DNA from: Patescibacteria group bacterium
GTDB taxonomy: Bacteria > Patescibacteriota > Minisyncoccia > UBA6257 > GWB1-50-10
Length of the DNA stretch: 64,000 bases
Direction of reading: 5' to 3'
NCBI GenBank assembly: GCA_030018585.1
Contig: JASEHZ010000001.1
Location: forward strand, 9,484 to 73,483
Both the position numbers and the translations under genes were made by a program. Positions 37,785 through 47,661 of the stretch are shown one piece after another. Positions within the stretch are counted from its first letter, which is position 1; the number at the start of each line of letters is the position of its first letter. The notes under the pieces were generated by a model that was given only the letters and a program-made list of their open reading frames with translations, made no database searches and was not told where the DNA came from.

Positions 37785-38816
37785 TTGTCAAGTTTGACTT
37801 TTATTCATCGGTCCTTTAAGAATATATCACGCATGATTAAACTACCCCGATTAAAATCTGGTGATGTGGTAGGTGTGATTTCTCCTTCACTTCCGGTGTT
37901 TTCCAAAAAATCTCTTTCCCGCGGACTTAAAATTTTGGAGTCTCTTGGATTGAAACCAAAGTTGGGCCATAAAGCGTTTGAAGTGAATACGAATTATCAA
38001 GCCGGTACGCGTGCGGATCGCATTTCAGATTTGCACTCAATGTTTTTAGATGATGAGGTGAAAGCTATTTTTTGCGTGGGCGGCGGTTATTCGGCTATCC
38101 AATTATTACCGGATATTGATTGGGATATTATTGAGAAAAACCCGAAAATTTTCGTGGGTTATTCTGATATTACTACTTTACTTGTTCCAATGACGGAAAA
38201 AACCGGGCTAATAACATTTCACGGCCCTACCGTAGAAGACAGTCTTTCTTTTGACTTGTCCTCGCTTTCAAAAGGTAAAAAATTTACTTTTAAAAATTTT
38301 AAAAACACTTTATTTAAAGGAGAAACAGGAAGATTGCCCAATTTTACAGAGTGGAAAGCGTTGTGTCCTGGACGCGTGGAGGGAACTTTGATTGGCGGGA
38401 ATTTAAATATTATTTTGAGCTTGATTGGAACTCCTTATGAGCCAAAATGGGATGGGAAGATTTTGTTTTGGGAAGAAGTCGGGGAATCAATTGAAGATAT
38501 TGATAATTATCTTTGGCGGCTTCGCATTGCAAAAGTGTTTAAAAAAATTGAAGGAATGATTGTAGGCAAAATTACAGATATCCTTGCGATTGATTCAGAT
38601 GATGAAAAGTGGACGAATTTAGATAAGCCGCCGACCATTGAAAATGTGATTTTGAAAGCAACTGAAGGCTTTAACTTCCCTATTTTATATGGCGCTGATT
38701 TTGGCCATGATGTGCCAAGTTTAACATTGCCTTTAGGCGCACAGGCGGTCCTTGATTGTCCGCCAAAAGGAAGAGTGGGGAAAATTACAATTCCACAAAA
38801 GTATCTTGCTGATTGA
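37785..38816 (+). CDS. ldcA: LD-carboxypeptidase (peptidase S66 family)
   Basis: GDVVGVISPS...GT..RA.D...D...KAIFCVGGGY architecture of S66 Ser/His/Glu peptidases; 343 aa. Confidence 0.7.
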   Translation: MSSLTFIHRSFKNISRMIKLPRLKSGDVVGVISPSLPVFSKKSLSRGLKILESLGLKPKLGHKAFEVNTNYQAGTRADRISDLHSMFLDDEVKAIFCVGGGYSAIQLLPDIDWDIIEKNPKIFVGYSDITTLLVPMTEKTGLITFHGPTVEDSLSFDLSSLSKGKKFTFKNFKNTLFKGETGRLPNFTEWKALCPGRVEGTLIGGNLNIILSLIGTPYEPKWDGKILFWEEVGESIEDIDNYLWRLRIAKVFKKIEGMIVGKITDILAIDSDDEKWTNLDKPPTIENVILKATEGFNFPILYGADFGHDVPSLTLPLGAQAVLDCPPKGRVGKITIPQKYLAD

Positions 38817-38828
38817 TTAAGTTTTGAT

Positions 38829-38902
38829 TGGTCGGGCTGCCGGGAGTTGAACCCGGATCGCACCCACCCCAAGGGTGTATACTACCGCTGTACTACAGCC
38901 CG
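38829..38902 (-). tRNA. tRNA-Pro (anticodon GGG) with encoded CCA
   Basis: Manual fold: acceptor CGGGCTG/CAGCCCG, anticodon stem CACCC/GGGTG loop TTGGGGT, T-arm CCGGG-TTCAACT-CCCGG, ACCA end. Confidence 0.65.
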
Positions 38903-38905
38903 CTT

Positions 38906-39379
38906 TTTATTGATTATAAAAATAATTGAATTAATTACAATAATTAAAATTAAGCTTAACCAAATAAGCCAAGAATTTTCCCACCAATTTAAACCGAAAG
39001 ATCGCGCTTCGCTATATTTTACTAGGGGATAAAAAAGCCGCGAGAAAATATCGGTTTGATGCGTGAGGATATCAATAAAAACGTGAAAAATATAAGGGAT
39101 GGTTAAAATATACACTCCACGTTTTATAAAAAATAAAAGAAGAAAAACAACTAAAATTCCCAAAATTGAGTGCCAAAAATGATAGTTTTCTTTTGCGAAT
39201 TGCGGCATTAATTGCCAAAAATTGGGAGGTAAAAATTGTTTTTGCTTAAACAAGGTGTATAAAATACCAGGTCCAGTGCCGAGAATATCAGGCGCGGCGC
39301 CAAATAAAAAAGCCCACCAAACAAATGGCCTTTTCCTAATAATAGTGGTTCCCCAGAGAGCGTGAGAAAAAATATCCAT
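38906..39379 (-). CDS. Membrane protein (YdjM/DUF457-like metal-dependent hydrolase fold?)
   Basis: ORF 38882-39379 trimmed at 3' side to avoid tRNA overlap; MDIFSHALWG start typical of YdjM-like proteins. Confidence 0.35.
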
Positions 39380-39392
39380 GTATGGATAAATT

Positions 39393-39581
39393 TTATTTTG
39401 AACGGCTAATCATCTTCAGACAACGAGTGCAAACCAAAGATCTTTTACCCGGTTTTAAAAGTTTGGTCCATTGCAAATTGGCCCGCTTTTTACTATAAGC
39501 AGTCGGGTTGTAATGGCCGCGCAAAAGTTTGCGCGTGCCGCCGCCTTTGTATGATTTTCCGCATTTTTCGCACGATCTCAT
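39393..39581 (-). CDS. rpmB: 50S ribosomal protein L28
   Basis: 62 aa, C..CGK...VS.S.....R.F.PNLQ...VC..C pattern. Confidence 0.75.
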   Translation of the reverse strand: MRSCEKCGKSYKGGGTRKLLRGHYNPTAYSKKRANLQWTKLLKPGKRSLVCTRCLKMISRSK

Positions 39582-39629
39582 ATCCAGTAGTATATATATT
39601 TATTTTTTTGATGCAAGTTCTTATTTGAT

Positions 39630-40268
39630 TTATCCAATCACTGTTTCTTTATAAGTTTTTCTTAAAAAATTAAATTCGTAGAATTTCAGATTTTCGCCGG
39701 ATCCGGTCTGGAGAATGATTAAGTCTTGAGTCGGCGGAATTTTAAAAATAACGCTGCCTGATACTGCGTTTTTGGGCGGAATAGAATTAAATTGTCCCGA
39801 CAAATCAATTGGTTTTTGATTATCGCCGTTCAAATTTATTAACTGGAATAAATCACGCGGTTCAAGAGCGCTGTAAGAAGTCGCTTCGTTGGTAAAAGCC
39901 TTAAAATTGACCTTGATTGAGCCGTCGTCGGATTTGCTTAGAGTATCTACGGTAATGGTTATTTTTGTGACGGGTTGAAGTACTGGGCTTGAACTGGCAT
40001 CAAAAATAATTGCTGTTGGCATAACTATAGCGGTTTGATTTTGGTTGGTTGGCGTTGTCGATGTCGCTTCTGGATTTTTTGTCGGTTCATTTTGAGTAAT
40101 AATAGGAGATTCTTTTTTGTTTTGAGAAATAAGTTCAAGTTTTAATTCTAAATTTTGCACGTCAGATTTTATACTGCTTATCTTATCGAAAATTAAATAA
40201 AATCCGCTTAATACCAAAAGCGCAAAAATGACTATAGTTGTATAAATCAAACCATTATTTTTATTCAT
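39630..40268 (-). CDS. Hypothetical secreted/membrane-anchored protein
   Basis: 212 aa, N-terminal TM, Thr/Pro-rich linker. Confidence 0.35.
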   Translation of the reverse strand: MNKNNGLIYTTIVIFALLVLSGFYLIFDKISSIKSDVQNLELKLELISQNKKESPIITQNEPTKNPEATSTTPTNQNQTAIVMPTAIIFDASSSPVLQPVTKITITVDTLSKSDDGSIKVNFKAFTNEATSYSALEPRDLFQLINLNGDNQKPIDLSGQFNSIPPKNAVSGSVIFKIPPTQDLIILQTGSGENLKFYEFNFLRKTYKETVIG

Positions 40269-40373
40269 AGTGGTTTTATTATAACATAAAAAATGAATCT
40301 TATTATTGCTGAGACCGATATAAAAAATCAGCTTGCAGAGAGCTGATTTATTTATTAAAAGAGAAACTGTTTG

Positions 40374-40742
40374 TTAAAATGCCAGAAATTTTACTACAGA
40401 ATCTATAGGAATTAAGCTTCCTAGATAAAACACACTTAAAATTGTTATAAGAAAGAAAAAAACAAATATTAAAAATCTAAACGTCGTGTATTTTTCTTTA
40501 ATTATTTTTTCTTGGTATTTAATCATCCCATAACTGCCCCATAGCATTGAAATAATGCTGATTAAAATAAAAAATGACCAAGAAAGCTTCCACCAAAAAA
40601 GAACTACGCCCGCGATCAGTAGGAAAACAGAAGCAAAAAGACCTATCCAAGGCATTTTTTTGTTATGTTTTTTTTCTTCAAAACTTCCGATAAGACTAAT
40701 TATTCCAGCCACAATAAGTCCGGTAGCAACTATAAATCCCAT
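40374..40742 (-). CDS. Hypothetical 4-TM membrane protein
   Basis: 122-aa hydrophobic ORF. Confidence 0.35.
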   Translation of the reverse strand: MGFIVATGLIVAGIISLIGSFEEKKHNKKMPWIGLFASVFLLIAGVVLFWWKLSWSFFILISIISMLWGSYGMIKYQEKIIKEKYTTFRFLIFVFFFLITILSVFYLGSLIPIDSVVKFLAF

Positions 40743-40882
40743 AAATTACTCCTTCTTTTATTGATTTAAAGTTAAAAAGCTAAATTTAATTTAATTTAGA
40801 ATATATGCTTTGTCAATACTTATTAGTATTGAAAAAATTATGATTTTTAAATAATTCCTTTTTTGTTGTATAATTTCTTAAA

Positions 40883-41506
40883 ATGGAAATTGTTTTCCAG
40901 CTAATTGTTTTAATTTTTTCGGTTGTTATTCATGAAGTATCTCACGGATTTATAGCTGAAAAATTGGGCGATCCCACGGCGCGGCTTGCGGGCCGGCTTA
41001 CTTTGAATCCAATAAAACATTTGGATGTTTTTGGTTCAGTTATTTTGCCGTTGCTTTTGTGGGTTTCCGGGACGGGTATTATTTTTGGTTGGGCTAAGCC
41101 CGTGCCTTATAATCCGCATAATTTAAAAAATCCGGATAAGGACGGCGCGCTGGTCGCGGCCGCCGGACCTCTAAGCAATTTTTCTATTGCCCTGGTATTT
41201 AGTTTATTCTTGCGTTTGGTTATGGGAATGGGCAGTTTTCAATTTAGGAACTTGGCCGATCTTTTCGCTCAAATCGTTTTATTGAATATTGTGCTTGCGA
41301 TTTTTAATTTAGTGCCTATTCCGCCGCTTGATGGCTCTAAAGTGCTTTTTGCTTTTTTGCCGGAAAGTGCCAGGAAGATAAGGTTTTTTCTTGAACAATA
41401 CGGAATGTTTATTGTTTTTGCTTTTATATTTTTCGGCTTTAAAATAATCCTTCCGATTATTTGGTGGGTTTTTCAAGTTTTGACCGGGATTGGTGTTGGC
41501 GATTAA
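40883..41506 (+). CDS. Site-2 protease family (peptidase M50) intramembrane metalloprotease
   Basis: HEVSHG (HExxH) within first TM, multiple TM helices, 207 aa. Confidence 0.7.
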   Translation: MEIVFQLIVLIFSVVIHEVSHGFIAEKLGDPTARLAGRLTLNPIKHLDVFGSVILPLLLWVSGTGIIFGWAKPVPYNPHNLKNPDKDGALVAAAGPLSNFSIALVFSLFLRLVMGMGSFQFRNLADLFAQIVLLNIVLAIFNLVPIPPLDGSKVLFAFLPESARKIRFFLEQYGMFIVFAFIFFGFKIILPIIWWVFQVLTGIGVGD

Positions 41507-41564
41507 AGTTCTTGTATTTTTTATTTGGATAATGTATTCTTAACTACGCTTTAATTATTTTAAA

Positions 41565-41984
41565 ATGCCGACAGTTCAACAATTAATTAAAAAAGGAAGA
41601 AAAAGAATCGGATCTAAAGAAAAGACGCCGGCTTTGACGTCTTATTTTAATTATTTAAAAAACTGGCCGGTTAATTCTCCTTCGCCGTTTAAGCGCGGTG
41701 TTTGTTTGAAAGTTTTTACAACTACACCCAAAAAGCCTAATTCGGCTTTAAGAAAAGTTGCGCGCGTAAGACTTACTAATGGCATGGAAGTAACGGCTTA
41801 TATTCCGGGCGAGGGGCATAATTTGCAAGAGCACTCGGTGGTATTGATTCGCGGCGGCCGCGTTAAGGATTTGCCGGGTGTAAGATATCATATTGTTCGG
41901 GGCATTTTAGATACGCAGGGCGTTGAGCGAAAACAGCAAAGATCAAAATACGGTTCTAAAAGACCCAAGACCCAAAAAACATGA
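41565..41984 (+). CDS. rpsL: 30S ribosomal protein S12
   Basis: [11 protein letters not shown]...[11 protein letters not shown]...HNLQEHS...[12 protein letters not shown]. Confidence 0.95.
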   Translation: MPTVQQLIKKGRKRIGSKEKTPALTSYFNYLKNWPVNSPSPFKRGVCLKVFTTTPKKPNSALRKVARVRLTNGMEVTAYIPGEGHNLQEHSVVLIRGGRVKDLPGVRYHIVRGILDTQGVERKQQRSKYGSKRPKTQKT

Positions 41985-42460
41985 GAAAAAGAAGTTATTA
42001 TAAAAAAAGAGATTTTAAAGGGGATTTTACCCATAATCGGGTTGATATTAGCCGGTTTATTAATTATCTTATGAGTGAAGGCAGAAAAACTGCCGCGGAA
42101 AAAGTTTTTTACGGCGCTTTGGAAAAAGTAAAAGAAGCAACCAAAAGCGAACCCGTGGCTGTTTTTGAAAAAGCTCTGCAGAACGCGACGCCGATGCTTG
42201 AAGTTTCTTCGCGCCGAATCGGCGGAGCGAATTATCAGATTCCCCGCGAGGTGCGGCCCGAGCGGCAATTCTTTTTAGCATCGCATTGGATTATTAACGC
42301 GGCGCGAAGCAAAAAAGGAAAACCAATGGCGGAAAAATTAGCTGAAGAATTAATCGCGGCTTCCAAAAATGAAGGTGCGGCCATTAAGAAAAAACAAGAT
42401 ACCCACAGAATGGCCGAAGCAAACCGCGCTTTTGCTTCGCTTATGAGGAAAAGTTTTTAA
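41981..42460 (+). CDS. rpsG: 30S ribosomal protein S7
   Basis: 4-nt overlap with rpsL; S7 length and conserved regions. Confidence 0.9.
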   Translation: MRKRSYYKKRDFKGDFTHNRVDISRFINYLMSEGRKTAAEKVFYGALEKVKEATKSEPVAVFEKALQNATPMLEVSSRRIGGANYQIPREVRPERQFFLASHWIINAARSKKGKPMAEKLAEELIAASKNEGAAIKKKQDTHRMAEANRAFASLMRKSF

Positions 42461-42483
42461 GAGTCGATTTTAGATAATGAAAA

Positions 42484-42510
42484 TCGGCTCGCGAAGAGCC
42501 GAATTTATTT
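42484..42510 (+). promoter_or_regulatory. Hairpin TCGGCTC-GCGAA-GAGCCGA + ATTTATTT between rpsG and fusA (partial terminator/attenuator)
   Basis: GC stem and T-rich tail inside the str operon. Confidence 0.35.
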
Positions 42511-42517
42511 AAAATTT

Positions 42518-44623
42518 ATGCCACGTCAATACCCAATAGAAAAAACTCGTGATATAGGAATAATAGCCCACATTGATGCGGGCAAAACAACCGTAACCGA
42601 ACGGGTGCTTTTTTATACCGGCGTTTCCCACAAAATCGGCGAAGTCCATACCGGTGACACGGTTATGGATTGGATGGAACAGGAACGTGAACGCGGTATT
42701 ACTATTACTTCTGCGGCTACAACTTGTTTTTGGATTCCGACTTATCATAATGATGATAAAAAATATGAGCATCGGATTAATTTGATTGATACGCCGGGAC
42801 ACATTGATTTTACGGTTGAAGTGAAACGTAGCTTGCGTGTATTAGATGGCGCGGTAGTTGTTTTTGACGGCGTGGCTGGCGTTGAGCCGCAATCAGAAAC
42901 CAATTGGCGTTATGCTGACGAATACGGCGTGCCGAGAATTTGTTTTATTAATAAGCTTGACCGGATGGGTGCGAATTTTGAAAAAGATGTTCAATCGATT
43001 CATGAGCGTTTAACGCCTTATGCGGTTGTGCTTCAGTTGCCGATCGGCATTGAAGATAAACTTGAAGGCGTTTTGGATCTTTTGACCCGCAAGGCTTATT
43101 ACTTTGAGGGTGAAAAAGGAGAAAAAATTATTGAAAAGGAAATTCCGGCCAATATGAAAGAATTAGTTGAAAAAAAGCGGCACGAGCTTGTGGAAAAAAT
43201 TGCGGAAACCGACGATAAATTAATCCACGCATATTTGGAGGGCAAAGAAATTCCCGTGGCGGATTTGAAAAAAGCATTGCGTGCTGCAACTTTGAAAGTT
43301 CGATTAGTGCCGATTCTTTGCGGTTCGGCCTTGAAAAACAAAGGTGTTCAATTGGTGCTTGACGCAGTAATTGATTATTTGCCTTCGCCAGTAGATTTGC
43401 CGCCCGTAAAAGGTATAAATCCCAATAATCATAATGAAGAAACAAGAAAACCCGATGATAATGAGCCTCTTTCAGCTTTAGCTTTTAAAATTGCCGCTGA
43501 TCCATTTGTCGGGTCTTTAACGTATTTCCGCGTTTATTCTGGTGTCTTGAAGCGCGGCAGTTATGTTTTAAATTCAACTAAAAACAATCAGGAACGTATT
43601 GGCCGGATTGTCCGGATGCATGCCAATCATCGTGAAGAAGCAGAAGAAATTTGCGCTGGCGATTTAGGCGCGATTGTTGGTTTAAAAAATACCACAACTG
43701 GTGACAGTTTGGTTGATCCGGAACATCCGGTAGTTCTTGAGAATATTACTTTCCCGGAGCCTGTTATATCAATTAGAATTGAACCAAAAACAAAAGCCGA
43801 TCAGGAAAAAATGGGTATTGCCTTACATCGTTTGGCCGAAGAAGATCCGACTTTCAGAGTGAGAGGTGATTTAGAAACCGGCGAAACAATTATTGACGGC
43901 ATGGGCGAGCTTCATCTTGAAATTATTGTTGATCGCATGAAGCGGGAATTTAATGTCGAGGGCAATGTTGGCCGGCCGCAAGTTGCTTATAAAGAAACTA
44001 TTAAAGGGAAAGCTGATGCGGAAGGAAAATATATCCGTCAGTCCGGCGGCCGCGGTCAATATGGCCATGTTTGGCTTAAAATAGAGCCGTTGGAACGGGG
44101 CAAGGGATTTGAATTCATTGACGAGATTAGGGGCGGTGTTATTCCCCAGGAATTTATTACGCCGATTGAAAAAGGTGTTCGGGAAGCCGCGGAAAAAGGC
44201 GTGCTTGCCGGTTACCCGCTAACCGATCTTAAAGTTATTTTGTATGATGGTTCGTTCCACGAAGTTGATTCATCAGAATTTGCTTTTAAGATTGCCGGTT
44301 CAATAGCTTTACAGGAAGCGGCGAAGCAGGCGAAATTGGTTTTGCTTGAACCGGTAATGAAAGTGCAGGTGATTATGCCGGCTGATTTCTTAGGTGACGT
44401 GACTGGAGATTTAAGTTCCCGCCGGGCAAAGATAAACGCAATGGGCGAGCGAATTAATGTGAGAGTGGTTGATGCAACTGTGCCTTTGGCTGAAATGTTC
44501 GGGTATGTCACGAATTTGCGTTCTATAACTCAAGGACGGGGCTCGTTTACTATGGAGTTTAGCCATTATGAAGAAGTTCCAAAAAGTGTTGCCGAGCTTA
44601 TTATTGAAGGGAAGAAAAAATAA
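42518..44623 (+). CDS. fusA: Elongation factor G
   Basis: [10 protein letters not shown]1 motif, DTPGHIDF, 701 aa. Confidence 0.95.
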   Translation: MPRQYPIEKTRDIGIIAHIDAGKTTVTERVLFYTGVSHKIGEVHTGDTVMDWMEQERERGITITSAATTCFWIPTYHNDDKKYEHRINLIDTPGHIDFTVEVKRSLRVLDGAVVVFDGVAGVEPQSETNWRYADEYGVPRICFINKLDRMGANFEKDVQSIHERLTPYAVVLQLPIGIEDKLEGVLDLLTRKAYYFEGEKGEKIIEKEIPANMKELVEKKRHELVEKIAETDDKLIHAYLEGKEIPVADLKKALRAATLKVRLVPILCGSALKNKGVQLVLDAVIDYLPSPVDLPPVKGINPNNHNEETRKPDDNEPLSALAFKIAADPFVGSLTYFRVYSGVLKRGSYVLNSTKNNQERIGRIVRMHANHREEAEEICAGDLGAIVGLKNTTTGDSLVDPEHPVVLENITFPEPVISIRIEPKTKADQEKMGIALHRLAEEDPTFRVRGDLETGETIIDGMGELHLEIIVDRMKREFNVEGNVGRPQVAYKETIKGKADAEGKYIRQSGGRGQYGHVWLKIEPLERGKGFEFIDEIRGGVIPQEFITPIEKGVREAAEKGVLAGYPLTDLKVILYDGSFHEVDSSEFAFKIAGSIALQEAAKQAKLVLLEPVMKVQVIMPADFLGDVTGDLSSRRAKINAMGERINVRVVDATVPLAEMFGYVTNLRSITQGRGSFTMEFSHYEEVPKSVAELIIEGKKK

Positions 44624-44689
44624 AACATTTTCTTTCTTCATCAGCCAAAATCTTCGCTCGAATAAATTTAACTCTTTCGTCGTCAAAAG

Positions 44690-44762
44690 CTAACGGAATT
44701 CATCGAACTCAACCCCGACGTACGGTCGGGGGATTTAAACAACGATGAATTCCTGTTTTTTA
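44690..44762 (+). terminator. Long compound terminator after fusA
   Basis: GGAATTCATCG...inner CCCCGAC-GTAC-GGTCGGGG...CGATGAATTCC followed by TGTTTTTT. Confidence 0.65.
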
Positions 44763-44875
44763 CCTCCCTTTTTGTTAATTTATTATTTCGCTTCGATAGG
44801 CTTCTTCAAAAAGAAAATGTTTTATTGTGTATTGAAGGAAGGGGTGGATAGTGTATAATAATTTAATAAACAAAG

Positions 44876-44901
44876 AGCCGCTTGTGAGGAGCGGCTTTTT
44901 T
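44876..44901 (+). repeat. Terminator-like hairpin AGCCGCT-TGTGAGG-AGCGGCT-TTTTTT; left copy of a 20-nt direct repeat (TTGTGAGGAGCGGCTTTTTT)
   Basis: Same 20-mer recurs at 47000-47019; preceded by TATAAT-type promoter at ~44853. Confidence 0.55.
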
Positions 44902-44906
44902 GTGTT

Positions 44907-44939
44907 CTTGACAGAATAATACTAATCATGCTATCATAT
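44907..44939 (+). promoter_or_regulatory. Sigma70-type promoter TTGACA-18-TATCAT for the downstream 4-gene block
   Basis: TTCTTGACAGAATAATACTAATCATGCTATCATAT; same cTTGACAGAAT core as the 12700 promoter. Confidence 0.5.
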
Positions 44940-45108
44940 ATATGTTCTTTAATAACTCGTTTTATTGATTATTATTCAAGAGAAATTCTGGATTAAAGCA
45001 AATTAATTGCGGTCTGGGTTACTTCATTTGCGTTAGATCAAGCGTTTCTAGAAGTAGATGAAGTAGAGTTCAATTGTGTTCCACAAAAACAAATGAAAGG
45101 AAAAAATT

Positions 45109-45513
45109 ATGGAACGAAAATTGAAACATCTCGCTGGCAAGAGATTTTATATTGCCTACAATAATGGCGTATATGCTATAGCTGACGAGAAAAGTTACCA
45201 CGCTTTTCTTGGCGGTAAATATCTAATTGAAACTATTTTGTCAGAAGTAAGCAATTGGAATATTTTCATCTTCGTGCGATCGGATCGTTATCAACGTGAT
45301 CATTGGTTTCTCGGCACGCATGAAATGTTTGAGCGACTTATTCAAGAACTTAAAAATAGCGGTGCTAGGATCATTGATATTGGTCAAGATATGTATGTAC
45401 CATTTTCAAATGGTAACCCTCCTAATCGGTTCGAGTGGCATTTAATACGTCGAGCGTATGACTTTTTTAAAGTCTTTAACATTCGGCTAGAAGAATTTAG
45501 AGAGGAAGTATAG
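45109..45513 (+). CDS. Hypothetical protein (no recognisable motif)
   Basis: 134-aa ORF, first of four tightly packed genes. Confidence 0.4.
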   Translation: MERKLKHLAGKRFYIAYNNGVYAIADEKSYHAFLGGKYLIETILSEVSNWNIFIFVRSDRYQRDHWFLGTHEMFERLIQELKNSGARIIDIGQDMYVPFSNGNPPNRFEWHLIRRAYDFFKVFNIRLEEFREEV

Positions 45514-45515
45514 TT

Positions 45516-45875
45516 ATGAAGCGAAGAAATTTTGTCCGCGTACTGAAACTACTTTGGTTACTCTTCGTTATTCTAACTTTTATACTGTTAGGTTGGGGGC
45601 ATCCGCCTCCAGGGCTTTTATTAATTATGTTTCCGCTTTACTTTATTCTACTTTTCATGAGCCCAATTAAAATAGCTGTAGGGATGTTATTATGTGCGGC
45701 ATTAGTGGTTGCTTCATTAATAAATATTAAATTATATTACGAACTTAATGACAAATATTCTTTCTTTATTAAAGAAGAAATCATTGATAAACGGAAGATT
45801 ATTAGTGAGCTGATTGAATCTAGTCTTGCGTTTTTGCCGGCTGGGATTCTGTCTTTGATCTATATATTACTTTAA
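45516..45875 (+). CDS. Hypothetical 3-TM membrane protein
   Basis: 119 aa, starts 3 nt after previous stop. Confidence 0.4.
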   Translation: MKRRNFVRVLKLLWLLFVILTFILLGWGHPPPGLLLIMFPLYFILLFMSPIKIAVGMLLCAALVVASLINIKLYYELNDKYSFFIKEEIIDKRKIISELIESSLAFLPAGILSLIYILL

Positions 45876-45923
45876 TCTAACTTTCAATCTTTAAGACTTC
45901 CCCATTTAAAATGGGGAGTTTTT

Positions 45924-46316
45924 TTGCTACCATTTTTTATGAATAGAATAGAAAATTATTTTTTCGTTCCGGAAGCAGAAAAAGAACTGCCAAAAAATTT
46001 TGAATGTTTGAAAATATCACTTGAAAAAGAATTGGAAGAGAAGAATATTATTTCTGATGTCGATTTGGCGAAATTAGTCGAAGTTCAGGAAAATAAACCG
46101 ACCAAGGTTTTTTACCACGCGACGCCGTTCAATAAATGGCAGAAAATAGAACCAAATTATTTTGATAGAGATGAGATTATTCTTGCGGGAGGTCACTTTT
46201 CTTTTAAAGCCGATAATTTATCTTATGGCAGTTATGATCCGTCGCAATTAATAGAGTTTCGTGTTATCGATCCTTATGAAGAATTGAAAGACACATCGAC
46301 TACTGGCGAGGGTTAG
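45924..46316 (+). CDS. Hypothetical protein
   Basis: 130-aa ORF. Confidence 0.35.
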   Translation: MLPFFMNRIENYFFVPEAEKELPKNFECLKISLEKELEEKNIISDVDLAKLVEVQENKPTKVFYHATPFNKWQKIEPNYFDRDEIILAGGHFSFKADNLSYGSYDPSQLIEFRVIDPYEELKDTSTTGEG

Positions 46317-46364
46317 CAAGTTGGTCATGAAGCTATTGCAATACGGCCAGTAGTTTTAAAGAAG

Positions 46365-46970
46365 TTGGATGACGGGTTTTATAAAAGCAGTGAAATAGCG
46401 ATTCAATCAGGATTAGACAAAAATTACTATGGTACTCTAAACGAAGAAGAAGATAAAATAAACGTTCGTCAAATAACGTATATTATTGATAAAGAAGCAA
46501 CAGAAAAAGGCGATATAAATGAATTTTTGCATGATCCAGCTTTTGCTTCCAAATATTTAAATGAACAAGTTAAAGAATCTTTGGATGATCCAGTGCGTTG
46601 GATGAATGAAAAGTCGGCGATGGAATTTATTCGTTTTTATGAGTTAGACGAAAAAATCTTCGATCAACCAAAAATTTTAAAAAGTTTGGAAGAAATAAAG
46701 CTAAAATTTGGAGGATGGTTTCATAAAGCATTAGCAAAAGAAAATCAGGTGGTTGAAGTTTTGGCCGAAGAGGGTATGACGTGGCAGGAAAAAACAGACA
46801 AAGTTTTACAACGCGTGATCCAAGGTGAGAAATTTATTGAATTCTATTTAAACGAGTATTTGCCTCGTCTTTTATCAGATGGTGGTTTATATAATATCAA
46901 TGAAAAAGAGCTAGAGGAATTAAAGGCAGGCGTATTAAAAAAGATAGAGCAGTATAAACTCTTAAAATAG
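46365..46970 (+). CDS. Hypothetical acidic protein
   Basis: 201-aa ORF. Confidence 0.4.
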   Translation: MDDGFYKSSEIAIQSGLDKNYYGTLNEEEDKINVRQITYIIDKEATEKGDINEFLHDPAFASKYLNEQVKESLDDPVRWMNEKSAMEFIRFYELDEKIFDQPKILKSLEEIKLKFGGWFHKALAKENQVVEVLAEEGMTWQEKTDKVLQRVIQGEKFIEFYLNEYLPRLLSDGGLYNINEKELEELKAGVLKKIEQYKLLK

Positions 46971-46999
46971 ATTGTGATAGCTAATTTAGTGGAATTTCG

Positions 47000-47019
47000 T
47001 TGTGAGGAGCGGCTTTTTT
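47000..47019 (+). repeat. Right copy of 20-nt direct repeat TTGTGAGGAGCGGCTTTTTT (degenerate terminator)
   Basis: Identical 20-mer to 44882-44901; 5' half of the hairpin is decayed here. Confidence 0.55.
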
Positions 47020-47102
47020 AATTGATTCTCCTCGTGGCAAGTTTTGACCTTCCATGGTCAGGGTAGTTGACAGGGAATATTAAAATCTTGAAAATATAGT
47101 TT

Positions 47103-47660
47103 ATGGAACAAAAATTAGAAAATCTTAAACCATCATTAAATAAAATAAAAAAATCAAAAAAAGTTTTTGTAGTCGTTGCTTTTGCAATTATTGCGCTTGG
47201 ATTTTTTATTTGGCTGATTCTTTTAAATTTAAAATTTAACAACCAAGTTAAATTTGAAGAAAAATACGCTAAAGCGCGAAAATCTTTATCTGGCTTTGAA
47301 AAAATAATGCGTGATGATGTTTATGGCGGTAAAACTCCGCAAGAAACGCTGGATTTGTTCATTGCCGCCTTAAAAAAGGACGACTTGGAATTGGCCAGCG
47401 AATATTTTTTATTGGAAACTAATTTGGAGGATAAAAATTATTTAACTAAAAATAAAGCTTTAGCAGCCTTATTGGATTTTAAAAAGCAGAACAAAATTCA
47501 ATACATAATTGATTTACTTTCACGAGCAGTGCCAGCGTCCACTTCCTCTCTTTATGAAGGCGATTATAATTTTGTTGCTTATGACGGTAAAATGTTAGTT
47601 TCAGAAATTAATCTGGAATTTAATAAATATTCTCAAGTGTGGAAAATCCAGAGTTTTTGA
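47103..47660 (+). CDS. Hypothetical membrane-anchored protein
   Basis: 185 aa, N-terminal TM. Confidence 0.35.
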   Translation: MEQKLENLKPSLNKIKKSKKVFVVVAFAIIALGFFIWLILLNLKFNNQVKFEEKYAKARKSLSGFEKIMRDDVYGGKTPQETLDLFIAALKKDDLELASEYFLLETNLEDKNYLTKNKALAALLDFKKQNKIQYIIDLLSRAVPASTSSLYEGDYNFVAYDGKMLVSEINLEFNKYSQVWKIQSF

Positions 47661-47661
47661 T

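Noticed and set aside
38882-38902. Overlap of membrane-protein ORF with tRNA-Pro(GGG)
   Set aside because: The ORF's 3' extent is probably overcalled by the ORF finder. The tRNA call takes precedence and the CDS end was trimmed.
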